Assembly (NCBI GenBank): GCA_019084405.1
Contig: JAHRFX010000006.1
Coordinates: 19,213-51,212, forward strand
Direction: 5' to 3'
Source: Methanobacterium sp.
GTDB lineage: Archaea > Methanobacteriota > Methanobacteria > Methanobacteriales > Methanobacteriaceae
DNA length: 32,000 nucleotides
Made by a program: the position numbers and the translations under genes. Position 1 is the first letter of the stretch. The number at the start of each line of letters is the position of its first letter. Shown piece by piece: positions 24,866 through 32,000 of this stretch. Under the pieces are notes generated by a model. It saw only the letters and a program-made list of their open reading frames with translations, was not told where the DNA came from and made no database searches.

Positions 24866-25050
24866 TTTAATCTCCTTTTAGTCATTGAAGTTCCCCATTT
24901 TTTTTAAAATTTTAAATTATTTTCAAATCCCTTATTTTTAGTAAAAATATCCCTTCCATTATTTGTTTTATTTTATACTCTATTAGTGACAAAAATTATT
25001 TATAGTTTGCTGTTTACATGTTATAATAGGGAAAAATGTGGAGGCATTTC

Positions 25051-25206
25051 ATGAAATATAGGTGCATTGTATGCGCATACATCTACAATCCCCAGGACGG
25101 GGATCCTGAGTCTGGAATCAAACCAGGCACCTCATTTGAGGATTTACCGGATGATTGGCTTTGTCCCTTATGTCTGGTAGGGAAAGATCAGTTCGAACCA
25201 TGCTAA
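25051..25206 (+). CDS. Rubredoxin (51 aa, below the ORF-track size cut-off)
   Basis: [51 protein letters not shown] carries the canonical CxxC...CPxC pairs and the DLPDDW.CP motif. SD GGAGG lies 6 nt upstream of the ATG. Confidence 0.88.
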   Translation: MKYRCIVCAYIYNPQDGDPESGIKPGTSFEDLPDDWLCPLCLVGKDQFEPC

Positions 25207-25300
25207 TAAATTTAAAAGAAGATTAAAATGAAGTTTTTAGATCACATACCTGCAAAAATCAAAAGGATGTAATAATCCTGAATTAGATGGAGGAAATAAT

Positions 25301-26611
25301 ATGGAAAAAAAAGATGCTTTAGATATGTTCTGTTACCAGTGCTCCCAAACCGCCCGGGGTACGGGATGTACGGTGAGAGGAGTTTGTGGAAAAGAACCCA
25401 CCGTGGCCCGATTGCAGGATAACCTGTTATTTGCCATAAAAGGAATATCTGCCTATCTATACCATGCCCGGGAACTGGGATACACCGATGAAGAGGTGGA
25501 CGCATTCCTGGAGCGGGGTTTCTACTCCACCTTAACCAATGTTAATTTCGACCCGGGCCGATTTGTGGAAATGGCAGTAGAAGCAGGACACATGAATATA
25601 AAAACCATGGCTTTACTTAAAAAAGCCCATATTGAAACCTATGGTGAACCAGAACCCACCCAAGTACCGGTAGGAGCAGTTAAAGGTCCAGGGATTCTGG
25701 CCACCGGTCACAGTATGAAAGCTCTGGCTGAACTTTTAAAGCAAACCGAGGATAAGGGTATAAATGTTTACACCCACTCGGAACTTTTACCGGCCCATGG
25801 ATATCCGGAACTTAAAAAATATAAGCACCTGGTGGGTCAGCTGGGAGGGCCCTGGTTTGATCAAAGGCAAATCTTTTCCAAATATCCGGTGGCTATACTG
25901 GGAACCAGTAACTGCGTACTCCTTCCCCGGGACGAATACAAAGAAAGAATGTTCACCAGCGGAGTGGCCGAATTACCAGGAGTACAGCATATAGAAGACT
26001 ATGACTTCACCCCGGTAATTGAAAAGGCATTGGAACTGGGGGATCTGGAAGAAGAACCTCGAGATACTGTTTTAACCACTGGATTTGGAGCGTCAACCAT
26101 CCTTTCTCTGGCACCCAAAATTAAGGAACTGGTGGAAGCTGGAAAAATTAAAAGATTTATTCTGGTGGGAGGCTGTGATTCCCCACTGGCCCAGGCCAAG
26201 TACTACACTGAATTTGTGGAAAAACTGCCAGAAGACGTGGTGGTCCTCACCCTGGCCTGTGGTAAATACCGTTTCAATGACATGGACTTAGGGGACATTG
26301 AAGGGGTGCCCCGGCTCATAGATGTAGGACAGTGTAACGACGCTATCGTGGCGGTGGATGTAGCAGTTGCTCTTACCGAACTATTTGGTGTGGAGTTAAA
26401 TGAACTGCCACTCACCATTGTCTGCAGCTGGATGGAACAAAAAGCAGTGGCCATCTTATGGAGCCTGCTGGCCCTGGATATAAAGGGAATTTACCTGGGA
26501 CCCATACTGCCGGGATGGGCTAACGACGACATAATAAAAGTTCTGGTTGAAAATTACGACCTGCGCCCTATAGGTGACCCGGAAGAGGATATAAAACAAA
26601 TTCTAGGATGA
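25301..26611 (+). CDS. hcp: Hybrid-cluster protein (hydroxylamine reductase), short class-III-like form
   Basis: The N-terminus is [23 protein letters not shown] (Cx2Cx7Cx5C), and the sequence resembles Hcp throughout. 436 aa. Confidence 0.9.
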   Translation: MEKKDALDMFCYQCSQTARGTGCTVRGVCGKEPTVARLQDNLLFAIKGISAYLYHARELGYTDEEVDAFLERGFYSTLTNVNFDPGRFVEMAVEAGHMNIKTMALLKKAHIETYGEPEPTQVPVGAVKGPGILATGHSMKALAELLKQTEDKGINVYTHSELLPAHGYPELKKYKHLVGQLGGPWFDQRQIFSKYPVAILGTSNCVLLPRDEYKERMFTSGVAELPGVQHIEDYDFTPVIEKALELGDLEEEPRDTVLTTGFGASTILSLAPKIKELVEAGKIKRFILVGGCDSPLAQAKYYTEFVEKLPEDVVVLTLACGKYRFNDMDLGDIEGVPRLIDVGQCNDAIVAVDVAVALTELFGVELNELPLTIVCSWMEQKAVAILWSLLALDIKGIYLGPILPGWANDDIIKVLVENYDLRPIGDPEEDIKQILG

Positions 26612-26627
26612 AAATATTTCACCTGAA

Positions 26628-26667
26628 TTAAGGCCCTTAGATACAGGGCCTTAAATTTCTTTTTTTT
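26628..26667 (+). terminator. Hairpin plus T8 terminator after hcp
   Basis: TTAAGGCCC (26628-26636) pairs with GGGCCTTAA (26646-26654) around a 9-nt loop, followed by T8 at 26660-26667. Confidence 0.7.
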
Positions 26668-26738
26668 ATTATGTAAATGTGATCAACTTCTGTTTTGCAC
26701 TTGATCATTAACATTGAATCAGACAAGGAATGATTTAA

Positions 26739-27077
26739 ATGAAAGTCTTGGAACTGGAAAAGGTAGCTATATCAGATACACCTCATAAGGTGGATGTACG
26801 TAAATTATATGATACTGAAAATGCAGTGGCAGTACATATTACTCTAAAGCCAGGTGAATCACTAAAAAGACATATAACTCCCGTGGATGTTTTTTTCTAT
26901 GTCCTGGAAGGTAAGGGAATTGTGGAAATTGGAGAGGAAAAAAAAGAAGTTGGAAAAGACTGCTTAATTGAGAGTCCGGCCAACATACTCCACTGCTGGT
27001 ATAATGAAAGTCAGAAAGATCTTAGATTTCTAGTAGTAAAAGTCCCTCGACCAGTGAAAGACACGAGGATTATCTAA
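26739..27077 (+). CDS. Cupin-domain protein
   Basis: 112 aa with cupin_2-like motifs (LKPGESLKRHITPVDVFFYVLEGKG...ESPANILHCWYN). Confidence 0.7.
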   Translation: MKVLELEKVAISDTPHKVDVRKLYDTENAVAVHITLKPGESLKRHITPVDVFFYVLEGKGIVEIGEEKKEVGKDCLIESPANILHCWYNESQKDLRFLVVKVPRPVKDTRII

Positions 27078-27087
27078 AGGTCTTTTA

Positions 27088-27867
27088 ATGAAATTCAAAT
27101 TAAAGTCTATAAAAAGAAAAATAGGTTTTCGCGGTCCAATCATGTTGATATTGGTACTGCTACTTCCTATTTTAATAATTATTTATTCCCCAGTGAAAAT
27201 TATTATGGGTTCATTGAATGGATTGATGACATTTAGTTCTGTGGTTTTCCTTTTATGGATGATATCGGCATTATTTATAGGTCGAGGAGGATCATGTGGT
27301 TATCTATGTCCTTACGGAGCATTATCAGAAGTAATGGGGGGATGGTTAATGAATAAAAAAGCCCGCTCCCCTCTTGCATCAAAAATTAAATATTTATCTT
27401 TTGCAGGTTTTTTAGCGCTAATAATATATTCAAGAAGAGTAATTGAGGGTAATAATGGTTTTGATCCCTTTTTAATAAGTGATCAAGTTAATTTTTTAAA
27501 TATAAATAGTTATGGGATTATGCTTATGGTTATATCTTTTATGATGGTGGTCGGAATATCCAGCATAGCCGGAAATAGGGCATTTTGTCGTTATCTATGT
27601 CCACAGGCAATTTTTTTATATATTGCCCAGAAAGTTTCCAGAATAATTAAAATACCTTCTTTGAACTTAAAAGCAGACCCTGGAAAATGTGACAGTTGCC
27701 AGCGCTGTAATTGGGTCTGTCCCATGGGGCTAGAGATGATGGAACTGGTAAAAGAAATGGAAGATGAACATCTTATTAGTCATTCTGATTGTATATCTTG
27801 TGGTGATTGTATTCGGGACTGTAAAAAAGGTTCTATTAGATATTCCTTTGGTATTCCCCGAGGATAA
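27088..27867 (+). CDS. Membrane-bound 4Fe-4S binding protein (NapH/MauN-like)
   Basis: Has about 4 TM segments and two membrane-proximal Cx3CP motifs (CGYLCPYGAL, CRYLCPQAIF), plus C-terminal ferredoxin motifs (CDSCQRCNWVCP, CISCGDCIRDC). Confidence 0.7.
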   Translation: MKFKLKSIKRKIGFRGPIMLILVLLLPILIIIYSPVKIIMGSLNGLMTFSSVVFLLWMISALFIGRGGSCGYLCPYGALSEVMGGWLMNKKARSPLASKIKYLSFAGFLALIIYSRRVIEGNNGFDPFLISDQVNFLNINSYGIMLMVISFMMVVGISSIAGNRAFCRYLCPQAIFLYIAQKVSRIIKIPSLNLKADPGKCDSCQRCNWVCPMGLEMMELVKEMEDEHLISHSDCISCGDCIRDCKKGSIRYSFGIPRG

Positions 27868-27972
27868 GTGAAGAAATACACTTTTAGTATAAATTTTATT
27901 CAATTTAAGATAATATGAAGATTGATATAGTCTAAGCAAGAAAAGATAATTAAGAATATTGTAGGTGATTAA

Positions 27973-28296
27973 ATGAAGGATGATTTAAAATCCAAAGTAT
28001 TGGCAATTGAAGAATTAATTGACTATCAACCCGGAGCGGTGGTTAGTAGGGAAATTATAAGAAAAGAAACAGGTACGGTGACCATTTTTGCCTTTGATAA
28101 AGGAGAGGGCTTAAGTGAACACACCGCCCCCTTTGATGCTATGGTACAGATTGTGGATGGAGAAGCAGAAATAACCATATCTGGTAAAAAGAATCTCCTT
28201 AAAAAAGGGGATATGATTATCATGCCTGCAAATGAACCCCATGCCCTGCATGCAGTAGAAAAATATAAGATGATTTTGACCATGATCCGGTCTTAA
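27973..28296 (+). CDS. Cupin-domain protein (second copy)
   Basis: 107 aa with cupin_2-like motifs (FDKGEGLSEHTAPFDAMVQIVDGEA...MPANEPHALHA). SD AGGTGA followed by TTAA precedes the ATG. Confidence 0.7.
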   Translation: MKDDLKSKVLAIEELIDYQPGAVVSREIIRKETGTVTIFAFDKGEGLSEHTAPFDAMVQIVDGEAEITISGKKNLLKKGDMIIMPANEPHALHAVEKYKMILTMIRS

Positions 28297-28322
28297 AAAT
28301 TATAAAATTTATTTTTTTTGGA

Positions 28323-29585
28323 TTAAATTAATATAACCGCCGCTATACCTGCGGTAACAATAACTGCAAATAGGATCCCTACATTCCTGGCAAAATGGCG
28401 GGTTCCCAGTAAGAGTGCAATGGCAAATTTAACCGCGGTATTGGATATGGTGGCCAGGGTTATGGCTGTAACAGCAGTATCTGATGATAAAGTGGAACTT
28501 CGAGCTAAAAACGCCATGCTGATGGTAATGGCATCCACATCAGCCACCCCGGAAATTATACTGGCCAGATAAACACCCCTGCTACCCAGGTATATATTGG
28601 CAATTTTACTTAAAAATAAGATGGCAATAAATAAGGCTCCGAATATAAGGGCTGGTTTAAGGGTAAAGGGGTTATCCAGTTTGATTTTTGAATCAATTCC
28701 TTTAACTGTGGATCTGCGCCATACCAGCCAGCCCAGTAAAATACCCAGTACCCCCATTATGATCATAGGGGCGGCCAATGAAGGTGCCAGGGCAGGATTT
28801 ATTACCAGTACTTCAAAGAAAACCCTTAAAAACATCATAGAACTGGCCACCACCGTGGCGAAAACACCTGCCCTTAATAGATAAGGTGATTCTTTAACTC
28901 GGGCGGCCATGGCAGTTACCACCGCAGTGCTGGATACCAGTCCCCCGATAATCCCGGTAATCCCCAATCCCCGCTGGGGTCCCAGAAACCTCATGGCAAT
29001 ATATCCGGCATAGCTGATTCCAGATATAAATACCGCCATTAGCCAGGCCTGGTACGGGTTAAAAACATCCCAGGGTCCCAGGGTCTCATTGGGAAGCAGG
29101 GGCAAAATAACAAAGGCTATGATTAAAAATTTCAGGGTATCAATCATTTCCTTTTCACTGATTTTTTGGGCCAGTTTATGTAAAACTGGTTTTAACGCCA
29201 GTAAGGTGGTTACCACAATGGCCAGTACTACTGAGAGTGTGTATCCTTCCTCATAGTAGCATAAAGCCCCTAATATAAATGTTAATAATGCTGCCACCTC
29301 GGTGGTGAGACCTAAATCCTTGGTATCTTTTACAGTAAGCCAGTACCCCAGGCCAATCAATACTGAAAGTGCCATAAAGGCTACCAGGATAAAATAAGGA
29401 AATGATTCTGAGAGATAGGCAGAAAGGATACCCCAGAGTGCTATTAAAATAAAGGTTCTTACACCTGCAAATTCTGTTTTAGTGGATTTCCTTTCCCTTT
29501 CAATTCCAATTAATGCCCCTATGGCCAGGGCAGTAATAAATTTTATAAAAAGGAGAGCATCCATGTGTAAATATATAAGTTTCAA
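28323..29585 (-). CDS. MgtC/SapB-family membrane protein with DUF4010-like extension
   Basis: The N-terminus LFIKFITALAIGALIGIERERK is the MgtC signature. 420 aa with about 10 or more TM segments. Confidence 0.72.
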   Translation of the reverse strand: MKLIYLHMDALLFIKFITALAIGALIGIERERKSTKTEFAGVRTFILIALWGILSAYLSESFPYFILVAFMALSVLIGLGYWLTVKDTKDLGLTTEVAALLTFILGALCYYEEGYTLSVVLAIVVTTLLALKPVLHKLAQKISEKEMIDTLKFLIIAFVILPLLPNETLGPWDVFNPYQAWLMAVFISGISYAGYIAMRFLGPQRGLGITGIIGGLVSSTAVVTAMAARVKESPYLLRAGVFATVVASSMMFLRVFFEVLVINPALAPSLAAPMIIMGVLGILLGWLVWRRSTVKGIDSKIKLDNPFTLKPALIFGALFIAILFLSKIANIYLGSRGVYLASIISGVADVDAITISMAFLARSSTLSSDTAVTAITLATISNTAVKFAIALLLGTRHFARNVGILFAVIVTAGIAAVILI

Positions 29586-29759
29586 CTATTAAATAATATT
29601 CAAAAAGGATTATAAAAAGTAATATTAATTTCAAAGTAAAAAGTATTAAATATAAGATGGTGAGATAATAATCTGTAATGGACTTAAATTATAAAATATT
29701 ATATCCACCATTACTGGAATCTCCAATTACATTAATGATATTTAATCAGGGTGATTTAA

Positions 29760-31415
29760 ATGAGAAGTGATAATATTAAAAAAGGACTCCAAAGGGCCCC
29801 TCACCGATCCTTGTTAAGGGCCTGTGGTGTGGTTGATGAGGACATGGAAAAACCATTTATTGGAATAGCCAATAGTTTTACCGACATTGTCCCGGGGCAC
29901 ATCCACCTTAGAGAACTGGCTGAAGCAGTTAAAGGAGGTATAGACCAGGCCGGAGGTGTTGCATTTGAATTCAACACCATGGCCATCTGTGATGGTATTG
30001 CCATGAACCATGCCGGGATGCGTTTTTCACTGCCCTCCCGGGAAATAATTGCCGATACCGTGGAAAGTATGGCCCAGGCCCATAGCCTGGATGGTCTGGT
30101 ACTCTTACCTACCTGTGATAAAGTGGTGCCCGGGATGTTAATGGCTGCTGCCCGACTTGACATTCCCTGTATAGTGGTTACCGGAGGCCCCATGCTTCCT
30201 GGTAAATTCAAAGGAAAGTCAGTGGATCTCATCAATGTTTACGAGGGAGTGGGTGCGGTAACAGCAGGTAAGATGAGTCAGGAAGAATTGGATGAACTGG
30301 AACGTTGTGCCTGTCCTGGAGCCGGATCATGTGCTGGTTTATTTACCGCCAACACCATGGCCTGTCTAACTGAAGGTCTGGGAATGAGTCTGCCTGATTG
30401 TGCCACCACACACGCAGTGGATGCGCAAAAAATGAGGATAGCCCGATCTTCCGGGGCCCGGATTGTGGAAATGATTGCTGAAGACCTCACACCCTCAAAA
30501 ATAATGAATCAAACTGCTTTTGAAAATGCAGTGGCCCTGGACATGGCCTTAGGTGGTTCCAGTAACACTGCACTACATATACCTGCCATAGCCAGTGAAC
30601 TGGAGGATAAGGGAGTCAAAGTGGATCTATCCCTTTTTGATAAGATGAGTAAAAAAATACCCCACCTCACCCCTATTAGTCCTGCCGGTGAGCATATGAT
30701 TATCGACCTGCACCAGGCCGGAGGAATACCCGCTGTTTTAAAAGTGCTGGAAAGTAAACTGGACCTGGAAACCATCACCTGTACAGGTAAAACCCTCCAG
30801 GAAAATATTAAAACCGCAGAAGTTAGAGACGAAAGTGTTATAAGACCTTTAGATAATCCTTTCCATAGAGAAGGAGGTATTGCAGTTTTAAAAGGTAACC
30901 TGGCACCAGATGGATCTGTGGTAAAACAAGGTGCGGTTTCAGAAGATATGATGACCCATAGTGGACCTGCCCGAGTATTTGAATCAGAAGAAGATTGCGT
31001 GGAAGCCATATTCCAGGGAAAAATCAAAGAAGGCGACGTTATTGTTATCCGGTATGAAGGTCCCCGGGGTGGTCCTGGAATGAGAGAGATGTTGAATCCT
31101 ACTTCAGCCATATCTGGAATGGGGATTCAGTCCGTGGCCCTTATTACCGATGGCCGGTTTTCAGGAGGTACCAGGGGGCCGTGTATCGGGCATGTTTCTC
31201 CCGAGGCCATGGCCGATGGACCCCTGGCTGCAGTTAGAGAGGGAGACATGATACATATAGATATCCCTGCCAGACTGTTAGAAATAGAACTATCACCCCA
31301 AGAGATTGAAGATAGGATTGCATCCTCCCAAAAACCTCACCGGGAATTAAAGGGTTGGTTAGCACGATACCAGAAACTGGCCACCTCAGCTGACAAGGGA
31401 GCTATTTTAAGGTAA
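29760..31415 (+). CDS. ilvD: Dihydroxy-acid dehydratase
   Basis: Resembles IlvD along its whole length ([56 protein letters not shown]...GHVSPEA). Confidence 0.95.
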   Translation: MRSDNIKKGLQRAPHRSLLRACGVVDEDMEKPFIGIANSFTDIVPGHIHLRELAEAVKGGIDQAGGVAFEFNTMAICDGIAMNHAGMRFSLPSREIIADTVESMAQAHSLDGLVLLPTCDKVVPGMLMAAARLDIPCIVVTGGPMLPGKFKGKSVDLINVYEGVGAVTAGKMSQEELDELERCACPGAGSCAGLFTANTMACLTEGLGMSLPDCATTHAVDAQKMRIARSSGARIVEMIAEDLTPSKIMNQTAFENAVALDMALGGSSNTALHIPAIASELEDKGVKVDLSLFDKMSKKIPHLTPISPAGEHMIIDLHQAGGIPAVLKVLESKLDLETITCTGKTLQENIKTAEVRDESVIRPLDNPFHREGGIAVLKGNLAPDGSVVKQGAVSEDMMTHSGPARVFESEEDCVEAIFQGKIKEGDVIVIRYEGPRGGPGMREMLNPTSAISGMGIQSVALITDGRFSGGTRGPCIGHVSPEAMADGPLAAVREGDMIHIDIPARLLEIELSPQEIEDRIASSQKPHRELKGWLARYQKLATSADKGAILR

Positions 31416-31450
31416 TATTTACGGATCTAGAAGTCCAAAAAGGTGAATCA

Positions 31451-31876
31451 ATGAACATCAGCCGGGAAATAATCATTTATATAATCATAATAGTGGTGGG
31501 TATAATTGCCGCCCATCACATGAATGTAGTGGTATCCGGGAGCATGGAGCCGGTTTTCCACCGGGGAGACATCGTAATTATCCAGAAAACTAACTTCCTT
31601 GGAATCCAGGAATTTGATCCTGCACAACTAGATGTAGGGGAAATAGTGATTTATAATGCCACCTGGTTCCCTGAACCAGTTATACACCGTATAATAGATG
31701 TGAGAACCGATGCAGATGGGAGAAAATTTTATGTGACCCAGGGAGATAATAACCCCACCCCTGATCAGGGCCCGGTATATCCCGAACAGGTTAAATCCCG
31801 GGTGATAGCCATTGGTAATCAACCTGTATTCTTACCTAGAATCGGATACCTTACCCTGTGGATTAGAGGATTATGA
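31451..31876 (+). CDS. Signal peptidase I, archaeal/Sec11 type
   Basis: One N-terminal TM segment followed by the catalytic Ser motif [16 protein letters not shown]. Also has HRII and GDNN.PD motifs. SD AAGGTGA followed by ATCA precedes the ATG. Confidence 0.8.
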   Translation: MNISREIIIYIIIIVVGIIAAHHMNVVVSGSMEPVFHRGDIVIIQKTNFLGIQEFDPAQLDVGEIVIYNATWFPEPVIHRIIDVRTDADGRKFYVTQGDNNPTPDQGPVYPEQVKSRVIAIGNQPVFLPRIGYLTLWIRGL

Positions 31877-32000
31877 ATTTCTAATCCCCCTATTTATTTA
31901 TCACGCATTTTGCTACTGGTTTTAAAATTAATTTCAATTTTACAGATAATACTTTAAATTTTTATAATGTGAAACTATGTATTCGGAAATAGAAAAGGAA

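Noticed and set aside
24866-25050. Candidate TrmB operator (TACT-N5-AGTG near 24978-24993, and an AAAATTTT palindrome) in the trmB/rubredoxin divergent spacer.
   Set aside because: The arms are only 3-4 bp in very AT-rich DNA and cannot be distinguished from chance by eye.
29801-31111. Minus-strand ORFs of 144, 65, 70 and 200 aa inside ilvD.
   Set aside because: These are shadow ORFs opposite a full-length, highly conserved IlvD frame. The products are Ser/Pro/Ala-rich and typical of antisense translation of GC-richer coding DNA.
31977-32000. A possible start of another gene (ATG TAT TCG GAA ATA GAA AAG GAA) at the right edge.
   Set aside because: Only 8 codons are visible and there is no clear SD, so it cannot be supported.
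1-32000. A scan for CRISPR arrays, tRNA or rRNA genes, transposases, integrases, IS inverted repeats, and in-frame stop recoding (Sec/Pyl).
   Set aside because: - No regularly spaced 25-40-bp repeats were found.
- No GC-rich cloverleaf-sized islands occur in the spacers.
- No DDE or tyrosine-recombinase-like ORFs were found.
- All long genes read through without in-frame stops.
- The only repeat families seen are the heptad palindromes and the 17-bp triple repeat reported above.

Overview
This window looks like a chromosomal segment of a hydrogenotrophic methanogen of the Methanobacteriaceae type. Supporting evidence: F420-dependent methylene-H4MPT dehydrogenase (mtd), CODH alpha and epsilon subunits (cdhA, cdhB), archaeal-type ThrRS, archaeal signal peptidase I, and GGTGA-type Shine-Dalgarno boxes 4-5 nt before most starts. 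All family calls are made by eye and from memory of the families; nothing was searched.

About 29 protein genes can be supported, densely packed on both strands. I see no rRNA, tRNA, CRISPR array, transposase or integrase. Housekeeping genes are hisB, thrS, ilvD, a CbiA/CfbB-type a,c-diamide synthase and mtd.

Most interesting content:
1. A Soj-type ParA is translationally coupled to a 117-aa protein that keeps only the N-terminal GLGxGLEAL box of bacterial ParB. The pair is flanked upstream by in-phase TTATAA[C/G] heptads forming 16-22 bp perfect palindromes, with a 23-nt identical copy 17 kb away at 4696-4718. Downstream lie three ~17-bp direct repeats. I read this as a candidate hybrid archaeal segregation cassette with its centromere-like sites.
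2. A 1498-aa CobN-like protein that appears exported and C-terminally membrane-anchored sits in an AT-rich island with no chelatase partners.
3. A CODH alpha subunit with a CooF-like ferredoxin has a divergently oriented epsilon subunit and no beta, gamma or delta subunits nearby.
4. A TrmB / rubredoxin / Hcp / cupin / NapH-like / cupin redox-stress cluster. Its 51-aa rubredoxin is missing from the ORF track.
5. A stand-alone C39-like cysteine peptidase lies next to glycan polymerase and glycosyltransferase genes.
6. A radical-SAM/HhH DNA modification-repair family gene lacks its usual partner.
7. Gene-structure oddities: a 2x[4Fe-4S] ferredoxin gene with no canonical start codon, GTG starts that lie inside SD boxes (implying ATT or TTG starts 9 nt downstream), and a lipoprotein gene broken at two T homopolymers.
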